A stretch of DNA of 62,293 nucleotides, counting the filler, from Chiloscyllium plagiosum (taxonomy: Eukaryota), in NCBI RefSeq assembly GCF_004010195.1. It is 3 parts of one record of this genome, joined end to end, with 100 filler letters (N's around TTAATTAATTAA, not from the genome) between each part and the next. Parts side by side here need not be neighbours in the genome. Positions count along the whole stretch, not along the records: positions 1 to 31,129 come from NC_057715.1; positions 31,230 to 48,225 come from NC_057715.1; 1 more part is not named here. One strand, 5' to 3'. The position numbers and the translations under genes were made by a program. Below the pieces are notes generated by a model. It was not told where the DNA came from. It did not search any database and saw only the letters and a program-made list of their open reading frames with translations. Below are positions 26,392 to 39,505 of the stretch, piece by piece. How positions within the stretch are numbered: the first letter of the stretch is position 1; each line of letters opens with the position of its first letter.

Positions 26392-26552
26392 GATAATTCA
26401 ATTGTAATCACCTTTTAACTTCAATTATGTTCCAATTATCACTGAAAACAATTGAATTATAACTGCGACTGTGAGTTCTATTGGGCTAATGCCCATAACT
26501 TAGTGCCAGTCCAACTAAATGTGTAGAGTATGTTCCAGTTGCTTAGCAAGGT
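26392..26552 (+). repeat. 161-bp dispersed direct repeat, copy 1
   Basis: Matches 27269-27429 with ~7 substitutions counted by eye. Confidence 0.9.
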
Positions 26553-26804
26553 TCCTGCCCTTGTTCTGGTGCCAGGCTTCAGAAACCTTATGTTATCTAA
26601 TGGTTCCTGCTAGAATGAGATGAATATTTAAAATCTTATTCACTGCTTCGCAAGTTTGGTTAAGCCTCATTGAAGGTTCACCCCTCACTGACCAATACTT
26701 AACCAAAGCTGGACAATGCCATTTTACTTTCCTTTCAATATTCCCTTTTCCTCTCTTGAAATGCTGACGTCATTTCCAGGTATAATCGCATGGAAGTGTA
26801 GTTA

Positions 26805-27112
26805 GTTAGATTAGATTTGATTCGATTTCCTACAGTGTGGAAACAGGCCCTTCGGCCCAACTGGTCCACATCACCCCTTCGAAGAGTAACGCACCCCCCC
26901 TCTGACTAATGCACCTAACACTATGGACAATTTAGCATGGCCTATTCTCCTGCACATCTTTGGAATGTGGGAGGAAACCGGAACACCCAGAGGAAACCCA
27001 CACAGACACGGGGAGAATGTACAAACTCCACACAGACAGTCACCCAAGGTTGGAATCAAATGTGGGATCCTGGTGCTGTGAGGCAGCAGCGCTAACCACT
27101 GAGCTACCATGC
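26805..27112 (-). mobile_element. HE1-like SINE
   Basis: Reverse SINE with ttaga tail. Confidence 0.9.
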
Positions 27113-27268
27113 TAACTAAAAATTTTAGATACAGGTCCAGCAAGGGTTGAGGAAGGCGAATGGAGTATTGTAGTGTGAAAGGAATGTAAGAGTAGGCAAA
27201 TTTGACTGAAGCTGTGAGGAGTGTGTTTCCTTCCCAGACCAGTCAAAAATATCAATAATAGATCTACT

Positions 27269-27429
27269 GATAATTCAATTGTAATCACCTTTTAAATGCA
27301 ATTATGTTCCAATTATCACTGAAAACAATTGAAATATAACTGCAACTGTGAGTTCTATTGGGCTAATGCCCATAACTTAGTGCCAGTCCAACTAAATGTG
27401 GAGAGTATGTTCCACTTGCTTAGCAGGGT
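27269..27429 (+). repeat. 161-bp dispersed direct repeat, copy 2
   Basis: See 26392-26552. Confidence 0.9.
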
Positions 27430-28001
27430 AAGGTAGGGTCTCCATTTTCCTGCACAAATCAGGACAGGCACAAGAACATTAATTTTCAAAGACCCAGCCC
27501 TTGCATCAGCCATTATATTGGTGAGATCACTGTCTGGTCTGCTGGCTGCGGTGTCATGTATAAAGTGAGTCCATTCCAAGTGTTAATGGTCATTAGAATC
27601 ACCTTTCCTTTAATTTTAGGGATTGACTTGCACTCACATTGATGGGACTCTGACTAGGCTTGGCCATGGAGGTGAAGCAGGTCATGATATGGGCATCTTT
27701 CCCAGCCTCACACTAGGCCCTGTTGCACTGGAGCTGCTGAATTCCACATCTGCTTCCTTCCAGTTGGAAAGCTGTCTATGATCTGAGCTACCTGACTGCA
27801 GAATTATTACTACTGTAGACAGTGAATGCAGATGTCGCCATATCGCTCACTCGTTGCCACAAGACTGCACCAGTTAAAGAGCAGGTGGCAGGTGATAGAA
27901 AGATGATAAGCATGACTTTGAGTACAGTAAGCTAGAGGTGCACATCATCAACATCATCCTTAATTTATCTTTGTCCAATGGTAGGGCAAGCTTAAACAGT
28001 A

Positions 28002-28552
28002 TGTGAAGATGCTATTACTTTAAAAAGGTTATTTTGTCCTTGGTTTTTTTGAAGAGAGGTTGTAAAGGCAGAGGTGCTGGAGAGTCTGGTTTAACAATGG
28101 AAGAGAAATGGCCAGTTCTCCCAGTTCACGATTTTTCTGGTCCTTGTGGCTGTAGCAGTCACAAGATGTACTGAGTACCAGAAGTGTGGCAAGCTTCAAT
28201 AAATGACTCCTAACTGACTTCCTCTGAAACCTCTCTCTGGATGTTGTTCCCTCCCGCCTGTGAGAATCTGTGTTTGAATTTACCTTTTTTTGCTAAGGGT
28301 TAATAGAATGTCGCTGCATTGGAACAGTTACATCGGTAAGTTGTTGTATCGAGTTGGTTAAATTCCATTTTCCTTTGTTTGTGTTTCAACTGCAATGTTT
28401 AAATAAATTCTGTTTTGCCTAAAGCCAAGTGATTTGACCAGCTGCATCCCACCTGGAATATCCACCTCACATCTGCCTTTTAAATAAGAAAAAGTTACGG
28501 TCTAGACTACCTTCTTAAAATATCTTGAGAGAATCTGACCTGATCCATAAAA
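28002..28552 (+). mobile_element. Possible solo LTR
   Basis: ~550 bp, starts TGT, internal aataaa, ends ...ccataaaa (possibly decayed ...CA); no clean TSD. Confidence 0.35.
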
Positions 28553-29084
28553 GTGTCAGGTGATCCAGATTGTTGGCATTCAACTTAATAATTTACCAGG
28601 AGAATCAGATTCAGGTTATGATTGTTTAATTGAATGAAAACAAGAATAGAGTTAGACATATTATTCTAAGAATAAAGTCTGCAAATAAGGTTTTCAGTTT
28701 TTATATGCAACAGGTCATGCGCTAAATTCTTTATCTGATTAGTACAGACCTTATGTTGAGTCTTAGTTTGAGTTACTTTTTTTCCCACAGTACATACATT
28801 AGGCATTGTTGGTTTGTACCCAAGACTTTCCTTATCTTTCCCCATTGTGTGGCCCCGCTGTCCTAGCTCCCCAACTGATTTCTGTACATCTGTGATCCTT
28901 CAGTTTTGACTTCTCACTAAAACTTTTCAAACTGGTACTGCTTATCCTTACATCACCCTCAAATAAATGAGAAATATCAACTCTCATTCAATCACTCCAT
29001 GATCCAAAGGGTGACCAGCACACCTTCTGCACGTGAGTTAAACTTCACTTGTTCCATCATATGGTGCTAACCTGCCTTCAAGGC

Positions 29085-30150
29085 CATAAGACTCAGGAGC
29101 AGAATTAGACATCTGGCCCATCAATGCGATCATGGGCTGATGTGCTCACCCCCAAGTACACTCTCCTACCTTTCTCCCATACTCTTGGATTCTCTTACTG
29201 ATAAAAATTATCTATTTCAGCCTTGACTAAATGTAATGATGTTGACTCAACAAGAATTCCATAGATTCATACCCTCTTAGTGAAGAATGTCCTCCTCATC
29301 TCACACCTAAATGGATGACCTCTTACTCCAAGGGAATACCTTCTGGTTCTGGATTCTCCTACAAGGCTAAACAACCTCTTGTATCTACCCTGTCAAGCCT
29401 CTTAACATTTTTGCATTTTCAAAAGGTTACCTCTCATTTTTCTAAATTCCAAAGAGAACATGCCCCAACCTATTCAACCTCTCTTCATAAGAAAAGTCCT
29501 CCCTTCCAAGATCAACCTTCTCTGGACTGCCTCCTGTAACAGTACATCTTTCCTTAGGAAGAAGACCAAAATGGCTCACAATTTTAAAGTGTGGTCAAAC
29601 TAATGTTTTGTCTGCTTCTTGTCAGCCTTCCCTAATTTGGAATCCCATTCTCTTTGAAGTGAAAGCCAACATTTCATTTCTTTTTCAGATTACCCATTGA
29701 ATTTGGATGCTAGCTTTTTGTGATTTATATATGAGAACACCCAAATCCCTTTGTGATGTGGTTTTCTGCAGTCTCTCTCCATTTATTTCTCTAATCTTCT
29801 TGCCAAAGTACATAACCTCACACATTTCTGCCACACATATTCCATCTACAAAGATTTGCCACTGTGTCTGTGGACTCTTTGTGTTATCCTCACTACTTGC
29901 CTCCCATGCATTTTTATAGCATCCCAAACTTAGTGATAGCACATTCAGTTCCATCATCTGAGTCATTAATGTATGTTGTAAATAATTGTGGCTGCAGCAC
30001 TGACCCCTGTGGCACTCCACTAGTTCCAGATTGACATCTTTAAAATGTGCCCTGTATCCCAAACAAGAGTCATCCATTTATTAGCTAATCCTCGATCCAG
30101 GTTAATACACCACCTCTAACACAATGGGCTCTGACCTTAAGAAGTAGCCT
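29085..30150 (-). mobile_element. Old CR1 LINE
   Basis: Minus-strand CEVMYFGKK, QRDLGVL and gtgccacaggggtcagtgctg (PQGSVL region). Confidence 0.8.
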
Positions 30151-30449
30151 AATGTGTCGCTTGACCTTAAAATTGGTCTCATCTGTGCATTTGTTGGAAT
30201 GAGTTTTTGCATGCCAGGATAGACAATTCCTTACATCACTCAGGACAGAGGCTCAATGGTTTCTCTCACCTGCCTTGGTTGGCCCACAGAGGTGTTTTGG
30301 TTTTGAGGAATGGTTGCTTTTGCATATTAACACCTAGCTGGAGGCAAGGGGGAGAGATGGCAAAGGTGAGCCAATATAGGCTGAGCCACTCTGAAGAATG
30401 CCCACCTGCGGGAGGCACTACCCTTCCCTTACACAGAAGGAGGCCATTC

Positions 30450-30555
30450 CGTACAGTATGGAAACAGGCCCTTCGGCCCAACAAGTCCACATCGCCCCTT
30501 CGAAGAGTAACGCATCCCCCCTCTGACTAATGCACCTAACACTATGGACAATTTA
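30450..30555 (-). mobile_element. HE1-like SINE 3' fragment
   Basis: ggaaacaggcccttcggcccaacaagtccac. Confidence 0.75.
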
Positions 30556-30556
30556 G

Positions 30557-30688
30557 GAATTCCTGAAGAAGGGCATATGCCCGAAACGTCGATTCTCCTG
30601 TTCCTTGGATGCTGCCTGACCTGCTGCGCTTTTCCAGCAACACATTTTCAGCTCTGTTCTCCAGCATCTGCAGTCCTCACTTTCTCCT
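30557..30688 (+). mobile_element. Family-A PLE-repeat element; hammerhead core 30563-30590
   Basis: CTGAAGA-a-GGGC atat GCCC-GAAA-cg-TC. Confidence 0.8.
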
Positions 30689-31129
30689 ATTTCTACCCTA
30701 GTCATTCTTTTATTCCTGACATACCTATAGAAAGCCTTAGGGTTTTTCCTAATCCTACCAACTAAGGACTTTTCATGTCCCCTCCTTGTTGCTCTTAGCT
30801 CTGTCTTCAGATCCTTCCTGGCTACCCTATAACTCTCAATCACCCCAATTGAACCTTCACGCCTCATCTTTACATAGGCCACCCTCTTCCATTTAACAAG
30901 GGATTCCAATTCCTTATTAAACCACGGCTCCCTCACACGACCCTTTCCTCCCTGCCTGACGGGTACATACTTATCAAGGACACTCAATAGTCGCTCCTTG
31001 AACAAGCTCCACATATCAAGTACGCCCTTGCCTTGAAGCTTACTTTTCCAAGCCACACATCCTAAGTCAGGCCTCACCGCATCATAATTTCCCTGCCCCC
31101 AGCTATAACACTTGCCCTGTAGTGCACAC
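30689..31129 (-). mobile_element. CR1 ORF2 internal (EN-RT linker) fragment
   Basis: WSLFKERLL...EPWFNKE...KNPKAFYRYVRNKR. Confidence 0.9.
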
Positions 31130-31229
31130 NNNNNNNNNNNNNNNNNNNNNNNNNNNNNNNNNNNNNNNNNNNNTTAATTAATTAANNNNNNNNNNNNNNN
31201 NNNNNNNNNNNNNNNNNNNNNNNNNNNNN
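31130..31229. other. 100-bp scaffold spacer: 44 N + TTAATTAATTAA + 44 N
   Basis: Same structure at 48226-48325; the 12-mer has stops in all six frames. Confidence 0.95.
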
Positions 31230-31380
31230 ATCTTTGGACTGTGGGAGGAAACCGGAGCACCCGGAGGAAACCCACGCAGACACGGGGAGAACGTGCAAAC
31301 TCCACACAGTCAGTCGCCTGAGGCGGGAATTGAACCCAGGTCTCAGGCGCTGTGAGGCAGCAGTGCTAACCACTGTGCCA
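31230..31380 (-). mobile_element. HE1-like SINE 5' part, little decayed
   Basis: CpG-rich reverse SINE head. Confidence 0.9.
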
Positions 31381-31530
31381 GGTGCAGGTGAATCTGTGGC
31401 GGATATGGAAGTTTCCTTTGGGGCCTTGGAGGGAGGTGAGGGGGGAGGTGTGGGCGCAAGTCTTGCACCTCCTGCGGTTGCAGGGGAAGGTGCCGGGAGT
31501 GGAGGTTGGATTGGTGGGGGGTGTGGTTGG
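31381..31530 (-). mobile_element. PLE ORF fragment (Cys-rich linker)
   Basis: Minus strand reads GTFPCNRRRCKTCAHTS. Confidence 0.75.
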
Positions 31531-31559
31531 GGAGTTGTAGCAAGTAACTTAATTGGCAC

Positions 31560-31972
31560 CACAGTCACAAGCATCCATTCCTCCATGGTCAATACTCAGT
31601 CATGGCAGTGTTTACCATCTACAAGATGCACTGCAGAAATTCACCAAAGCTCCTTAGATAGCACCTTCTAACCGACAACCACTTCCATCTGGAAGAACAA
31701 GGGCAGGAGATATACCAGAACACCAACCCCTGGAATTTCCCCTTCAAGCCACTCATCTTCCTGAGTTGGAAATACATCACTGTTTCTTCAGTGTTACTGG
31801 GTCAAAATTCTGTAATTCCCTTCCTTAGGGCATTGTGGGTCTTCCTACAGCACTGGGACTGCAGCTGTTCAAGAAGGCAGCTCACCCTCACCTTCTCAAA
31901 GGCAACAAGGGACAGGCAATAAATACTGGTCTAAGTAGTGACGCCCACATCCCACAAATGAATTTAAAAAAT
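31560..31972 (+). mobile_element. Non-LTR element 3' end (second LINE/SINE tail family)
   Basis: Tail ggcaataaatactgg...gacgcccacatccca...atgaat, recurring at ~45190-45335, 56675-56750 and 56920-57195, and reversed at 39085-39540 and 40220-40545. Confidence 0.65.
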
Positions 31973-31984
31973 GAAACTCTGCAG

Positions 31985-32415
31985 TGCCCAACAAGGCCAC
32001 ACTGACCCTCCGAAGAGAAGCCCACCCAGACCCATTCCCCCTACCTAGTGTTTAGGGGAAAGTGAGGACTGCAGATGCTGGAGATCAGGGACAAAGATTG
32101 TGGTGCTGGAAAAGCACAGCCGGTTCGGCAGCACCTGAGGAGCAGGAGAATCGGCGTTTCGAGCATAAGGCCTTCATCAGGGATGACCACTGAACAATGC
32201 ACCTAACCTACACATTCCTGAACACTATGGGCAATTTAGAACAGCCAATTCACCTAACCAGTACATCTTTAGATTGTGGGAGGAAACCAGAGCAAACCCA
32301 TGCAGACACAGGGAGAATGTGTAAGCTCCCCATAGACAGTCGCCCGAGGCTGGGATCGAACTCGGGTCCCTGATGCTGTGAGGCAGTAGTTCTAACCACT
32401 GAGCCACCGTGCCAG
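31985..32415 (-). mobile_element. HE1-like SINE interrupted by a family-A PLE repeat (~32051-32185)
   Basis: Reverse SINE on both sides of the insert. Confidence 0.85.
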
Positions 32416-33309
32416 CCCAAAGTCAATCCCAGGTCCTTACACCCAGATGCTAATCCTGTTGCCTAAGGTATTGCTCAGAGGCCACCAGAAATCTCTGGGT
32501 CTCTGCCAGTGTATAAAACAATGAGCCACTGACCAGAACATCTGAGCCAGCATCTGAGAGCTCAGTCAAATTAATCATTAGGAGAGCACCCCCAATGAAT
32601 GATGGACAAGAAAGGATTCATCAAACAAGTTCCATTCCACTCCAGCTCCCTCTTGCTGGTGGTTAGATAAAGTAAGATGATCATATTGACTAACAAGGCT
32701 GGCCCTAAGGGCCAATGGCTCTACTCCTGCTCTTGTGTTTTGTATTTCAATGTTAGCACTCATTGGACCAATTTATACTACTCTGCGAGAGGAAAGGAAC
32801 ACCTCACATTCAAATCACAAAGAATGAGTTCAAGGTTGGTGACTAATGCTGATGGATTGGGATTTTTCTTCATGACTGATACTATTGTAGCATCACTGTT
32901 AATAATGCAGCCATGAAAAGCTAAATAAGCTGAATTTGGCCTTTTACCGCTGTAAGAATTTCCAGTTGTTGCAAGTTGCCTCTCTGATGCTGTTAATCTA
33001 ACATGCTGTCAGATTTTATTGATGTGAGTTAGGAACTAGACCTGCTAACAATCACTTCCACTAATGGCGGAGCAGAGAGGGAGACACAGAGAAAAAAAGA
33101 GAGAGGGGACAGGGGCAGCTTCATATTGAGTCTTTTCAGGGCTTATTAGCTGGAAAAAAATTGGATTTAAGTGTAGCTTCACTGAGCGTCAAGCGAAACT
33201 ACATTTAATCACGCCATCCAAGCATGTACAGAGGTCTGCAGTATCACATTCACACTGGCTGGACATCGTTCAGGAGGCTTAGTCACACACAAGGCCATTA
33301 CATCATCAA

Positions 33310-33800
33310 CAAACAGAAGAACAGCAGGTGTGGGAAATCAGAAACAAAAACAGAAGTTGCTGGTAAAGTTCAGCAGGTCTGGCAGCATCTGTGGGGAGAA
33401 TGGGTCCAGTGACCCTCCCTCAGAACTGACGGTTGCTGGGAAAAAGTTTTTTTTATGCAGAAGGTAGGGTTAAGGGAGGGGACTAATGAGTAAACAATAG
33501 GTGGAGATAGAGCCCTAAGACAGGGAAGAACGGTTGGCCAAAGGAGTGGATAGCCATCAGCCTGGGTGAATGAATAGCTAATGGGGACTATTCGTGCCTA
33601 TTGGTGGGTACTGTGTAATAGCAGACCATGCAACAACAAGGCCTGGTGTGTGGGGGTTGGGGTAAGGACACAGGAGAAGGTGCCCGAAGCTCTAAAGTCG
33701 TTGAACTCGATATTGAGTCCAGAGTACTGTCGAATTCCCAAGCGGAAAATGGTGTGTTGTTCTTCCAGCTTGCACTGAGCTTTGTTGGAGCATTGCAACA
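33310..33800 (-). mobile_element. PLE 3' end (GIY-YIG C-terminus plus terminal repeat)
   Basis: GLLQCSNKAQCKLEEQHTIFRLGIRQYSGLNIEFNDF. Confidence 0.85.
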
Positions 33801-33984
33801 AACCCACCCTACTTCTCTGGTACCTGGTTCTTTGTGTGCCCCTCAATAATAGGCCTTTTAGACCTCCCTTTTCACACCCTTGCCTCCCACACTCCCTATT
33901 TCCTCATCCATGACCAAAGATGCCAATTGCGCCACCACCGACACAGAATGGCCCTTCATGCCCACCATCCTGGCCCATTCCCTT

Positions 33985-34685
33985 AGAACGGAGAACAAGC
34001 ACTTCGGCCCACAATGTTGCGCCGACCTGTGAACTATTCTCAGCTTGTCCCCCTACACTATCCCATCATCATTCATGTGTTTATCTAAGGATTGTTTAAA
34101 TCTCCCTAATGTTAACTACATTAGCAGGCAGGGCATTCCACGCCCTTACCACTCTCTGAGTAAAGAATCTGCCTTTGATATCTGTCTTAAATCTATCACC
34201 CCTCAATTTGTAGTTATGCACCCTCATACAAGCTGACATCATCATCCTAGGAAAAAGACTTTCACTGTCTATCCTATCTAATCCTCTGATCATCTTGTAT
34301 GTCTTAGCCGTCTTCTCTCCAATGAGAACAGATCTAAGTCTCTCAGCCTTAGCCCTTCTTAGCCTTCTTCTTTCCAATGAGAACAGACCTAAGTCTCTCA
34401 GCCTTTCCTCATAAGACCTTCGCTTCAGACCAGGCAACATTCTGGTAAATCTCCTCTGCACCTTTTCCAATACTGCCACATCCTTCCCGAAATATGGTGA
34501 CCAGAACTGTACACAATATTCCAAGTGTGGCCGCACTAGCGTTTGTATATTTGCAGTATGATATTGTGGCTCTGGAACTCAATCCCTCTACGAATGAAAC
34601 CTAACACACCGTATGCCTTCTTAACAGCACTGAGTGGCAACTTTCAGGGATCTACGTATATGGACTCCAAGATCCCTCTGCATAT
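33985..34685 (-). mobile_element. CR1 3' part with internal ~40-bp duplication
   Basis: RPHLEYCVQFWSP...RFFTQRVVRAWNALP; ccaatgagaacaga...tctctcagcctt occurs twice at ~34312-34405. Confidence 0.9.
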
Positions 34686-35639
34686 CCTTCTCTGTAGAAG
34701 CCCCTTAATGCCCTCCATGCAGGCAAAATGTGGCTCTTCTGTCCTTTTGTTTTCCAGACTAACTCCCCATTGGTTGGCTCTTGACATGATAAGAAGTCAT
34801 TTTCAATCACGCAATATTTTTATTGTCCACGCAAGGAACTTAAAGTGAGAAGCTACAGTTGCCCAAAAAATGGTCACTTACACCTCCTTGAAATGGTGGA
34901 GGATTGGGGTACCAATGTGTATAAAAGTTCCTGTGCTTACCCAATCACTAGGAGTATCAGGGATGGGAACAATTAATTTCACAAGTTGTCTTGCATTTTG
35001 AATGTCTTTTCAATCAAGAGACACCCCCTTCCAAAGACATTTAGATTTCAATGATTTTCCAGAATATGTTCCACCAAGAGTCCTCAAAATAAAAACAAAA
35101 TACTACAGATTTTGCAAATCCATTAGAAACACAAGGAAAATCAGCATCTGTGTCGAGAGAAACAGAGTTAACATTTTGGGTCTAGCGTCCTATGGCTCCC
35201 ATGATTTTCAATAACAATTACAAGGTCAGTGGTGGAGGAATAAGGGATGTAGGGAAATTGAATGTTTTCCAGTTGCCTTGGACTCAGATGAGCTTGTTTT
35301 AGTTTATTGCGCGTGTGAGGAGTGTAAAACATCAGAATTTACATTTTTGTTTTATGTTCTCATAAAATGAATTAAAAGCTGTATTACAGTTTGAATGACA
35401 GATCACTCATATCCTGAATAGTGGTGAGCTGTTAAATATGCCCTTGTAAATTTTTAGAGAGGAAAACACTGTCCCCATTCAAAAAAATAACAACTTTAAT
35501 TAGACACAAGTGTTACATATTTTAGAATTAACATAGTGCCAGTGTTATTCAGATCACTGAAAGGGTTAGTTAACATGAGTTAACAGGGATTAGCAAACAT
35601 TGTTGTTTTGGGTCTACAGAGTATATCGGAGCAGAATCA

Positions 35640-36230
35640 GATCATGGTGTGGCCGTACAAGACATTGGTTCGGCCACTTTTGGAATACTGCACTCGATTC
35701 TGGTCTCCCCACTATAGGAAGGATGTTGTAAAACTTGAAAAGGTTCAGAAAAGATTTACAAGGATGTTGCTAGCGTTGGAGGATTTGAGATATAGGGAGA
35801 GGCTGAATAGATTGGGGCTGTTTGCCCTGAAACATCAGAGGCTGAAGGGTGGCCAGTTAGAGGTTTATAAAATCATGAGGGGCACAGATAGGATAAATAG
35901 CCAAGGTTTTTTTCCCCAGGGTAGGGGAGTCAAGAACTCGGAGGCCAATGTTTAAGGTGACAGGGGAAAGATTTAAAAGGGACCTAAGGGGCAACTTTTT
36001 TTGCGCAGAGGGTGGTCTGTGTATGGAATGTGCTGCCAGAGGAAGTGGTTCAGGCTGGTACAATTGCAACATTTAAAAGACATCTGGATGGGTATATGAA
36101 TAGGAAGGGTTTAGAGAGATATTGGCCAAATGCTGGCAAATAGGGTTAGATTAATTTAGGATATCTGATCAGCATGCATGAGTTGGATTGAAGGGTCTGT
36201 TTCTGTGCTGTACATCTCTATGACTCTATT
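35640..36230 (+). mobile_element. CR1/HER1 3' part
   Basis: YKTLVRPLLEYC...VQKRFTRML; atgactct tail. Confidence 0.9.
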
Positions 36231-36879
36231 TGATGTCTCAATCAGATTAATAGGTACCATTTGTTGGAGTGGAGAAATCTCCCATCCAATCTGTTCGCAT
36301 AACTCTTGCCTGTGAAAAATCTATCGAATTCTGCCTTGAATTAATTTAATGGTGGAGCCTCCATTGGTTTCTGAGGCTAACAACCCTCTGAAGGGAAATA
36401 AAATTCTCAACCTTATTTTTGTTCCACAATTCACAAGTACTGGTCTTCCCCTACAAGAGGACACAGCTCCCAACATCCAGCCTGTCATCTAATTGAGAGT
36501 GGGCCCAGCAACAAAGTAATCGGTGTTCTGAAATGTCTTTCCCAAATTCTCATTGCTATTAAAATGGACCCAGGGCCAAACAGCAGCTAAAGAATATTGA
36601 GTCAGGTAGAGCTGAGTGGTTTGAATTTGGAATTTCAGCTCTCCAGATCATGATGTTCAGACAGACCTGACCCACATTGCCAAACTGGCATAAAAACATT
36701 GAAAATAGGAACAGGAGTAGGCTATTCAGCCCTTCCAGCCTGTTCCATCTTATAATAGGATCATGGCTGATCAGCCAACTCAGTTCCTGTTTTCTCCCCA
36801 TATACTTTGATCCCTTTAGCTCCCTCAGAACCATATGCAACTCCTTCCTGAAAACGTTCAATATTTTGGCCTCAATAAG

Positions 36880-38750
36880 GGAATCCTGAGGGACAGGATG
36901 TTCATGTATTTGGAAAGGCAAGGATTGATTAGGGATAGTCAACATGGCTTTATGAGTGGGAAATCATGTCTCACAAACTTGACTGAGGTTTTTGAAGAAG
37001 TAACAAAGATGATTGATGAGGGCAGAGCAGTAGATGTGATCTATATGGACTTCAGTAAGGCATTCGACAAGGTTCCCTATGGGAGATTGATTAGCAAGGT
37101 TAGATCTCACGGAATAGAGGGAGAACTAGCCATTTGGATACAGAACTGGCTCAAAGGTAGGAGACAGAGGGTGGTGGTGGAGGATTGTTTTTCAGACTGG
37201 AGGCCTGTGACCAGTTGAGTGCCACAAGGATCGGTGCTGGGTCCTCTACTTTTGATCATTTATATAAATGATTTGGATGTGAACGTAAGAGGTACAGTTA
37301 GTACATTTGCAGATGACACAAAATTGGAGGTGTAGTGGACAGCGAAGTGGGTTACCTCAGATTACAACAGGATCTTGTTCAGATGGGCCAATGGGCTGAG
37401 AAGTGGCAGATGGAGTTTAATTTAGATAAATGTGAGGTTCTGCATTTTGGGAAAGCAAATCTTAGCAGGACTTATACACTTAATGGTAAGGTCCTTGGGA
37501 GTGTTGCTGAACAAAGAGACCTTGGNNNNNNNNNNNNNNNNNNNNNNNNNNNNNNNNNNNNNNNNNNNNNNNNNNNNNNNNNNNNNNNNNNNNNNNNNNN
37601 NNNNNNNNNNNNNNNNNNNNNNNNNNNNNNNNNNNNNNNNNNNNNNNNNNNNNNNNNNNNNNNNNNNNNNNNNNNNNNNNNNNNNNNNNNNNNNNNNNNN
37701 NNNNNNNNNNNNNNNNNNNNNNNNNNNNNNNNNNNNNNNNNNNNNNNNNNNNNNNNNNNNNNNNNNNNNNNNNNNNNNNNNNNNNNNNNNNNNNNNNNNN
37801 NNNNNNNNNNNNNNNNNNNNNNNNNNNNNNNNNNNNNNNNNNNNNNNNNNNNNNNNNNNNNNNNNNNNNNNNNNNNNNNNNNNNNNNNNNNNNNNNNNNN
37901 NNNNNNNNNNNNNNNNNNNNNNNNNNNNNNNNNNNNNNNNNNNNNTGGCAGATGGAGTTTAATTCAGATAAATGCGAGGTGCTGCATTTTGGGAAAGCAA
38001 ATCTTAGCAGGACTTATACACTTAATGGTAAGGTCCTTGGGAGTGTTGCTGAACAAAGAGACCTTGAAGTGTAGGTTCGTAGCTCCTTGAAAGTGGAGTC
38101 ACAGGTAGATAGGATAGTGAAGAAGGCATTTGGTATGCTTTCCTTTATTGGTCAGAGTATTGAGTACAGGAGTTGGGAGGTCATGTTGCGGCTGTACAGG
38201 ACATAGCTTAGGCACTGGTGGAATATTGCATGCAATTCTGGTCTCCTTCCTATTGGAAAGATGTTGTGAAACTTGAAAGGGTTCAGAAAAGATTTACAAG
38301 TATTTTGCCAGGGTTGGAGGGTTTGAGTTATAGGGAGAGGCTAAACAGGCTGGGGCTGTTTTCCCTGGAGCATCGGAGGGGTGACATTATAGAGGTTTAT
38401 AAAGTCATGAGGGGTATGCATAGGATAAATAGACAAAGTCTTTTCCCTGGGGTGGGGGAACTACAGGTTTAGGGTGAGAGGGGAAAGATATAAAAGAGAC
38501 CTAAGAGGCAACCTTTCCATGCAGAGTGTGGTATGTGTATGGAATGAACTGCCAGAAGAAGTGGTGGAGGCTGGTACAATTGCAACATTTAAAAGGCATT
38601 TGGATGGGTATATGAATAGGAAGAGTTTGGATGGATATGGACCGAGTACTGGCAGGTGGGACTAGATTGAATTGGGATATCACATCGGCATGGTTGGGTT
38701 GGACCGAAGGGTCTGTTTCCGTGCTATACATCTCCATGACTCTATGACTT
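36880..38750 (+). mobile_element. CR1/HER1 RT to 3' end, spanning gap 37526-37945
   Basis: SQHGFMSGKSCLTNL, DFSKAFDKVP, FADDT; inserted into an older minus-strand CR1 3' end (~36690-39000). Confidence 0.92.
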
Positions 38751-39392
38751 TCTGTGACAGAGAATTCCACAGGCTAACTGTTCTCAATGTGAAGAAATTC
38801 CTCCTCATCTCTGTCCCAAATGGCCTACCCTATTTCCTTAGACTGTGACTCCTGATTCAGGACCCCTAAGGTTTGGGAACATCCTTCCTGCATTTACACT
38901 GTATGGTCAGGATGGAATTTTATAGATTACTATGAAGACCTCCCTCATTCTTTTAAAGTTCAATGAATATATTCTGAACAAGTCCAGTCTGGCTTCATAG
39001 CAACACACCATTCCTATAACCTTAAATGCAGGAAATGGTTGGTGCTTATTATATAAAGGTGGCTTAGAGAGATTTTAAAATATTCATTCACAGGATGTGA
39101 CTATCCCAGCTTGGCCAGCAGTTATTGCTCATTTCTAATTGTCCAGAGGGCAGTTAAGCATTGCTGTAGTCTGGAGTCACATGTAGGCCAGACCAGGTCA
39201 GGTAAGCAGTTTCCTTCCCTAAAATACATTAGTGAGGCAGATAGGCTTTTTCCCAGCAATGGATTCATGGTCAACATTAGACTCTTAATTTCATATTTTT
39301 ATTAAATTCAAATTCCACCATCTCCCATGGCAGGGTTTGAACACTGGTCCCCAGAACACTTCCTCAACTCTGGATTAACAGTCCAGTGATAG

Positions 39393-39505
39393 GCGAAAGC
39401 GAGGGCTGCAGATGCTGGAGATCAGAGTTTAGATCAGAGTGATGCTGGAAAAGCACAGCAGGTCAGGTCTCAACATTTCAAGCAAAAGCCCTTCAACAGG
39501 AACGT
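39393..39505 (-). mobile_element. Short PLE-repeat element inserted in a SINE-like repeat
   Basis: gtccagtgatag duplicated at 39381-39392 and 39506-39517. Confidence 0.75.

Noticed and set aside
31174..31185. TTAATTAATTAA palindrome within N runs (also 48270-48281)
   Set aside because: Identical 44N-12-44N layout twice, with stops in all six frames: a synthetic scaffolding spacer, not biology
37404..38065. ~120-bp CR1 segment repeated on both sides of gap 37526-37945
   Set aside because: Most simply unmerged overlapping contig ends or collapsed paralogues
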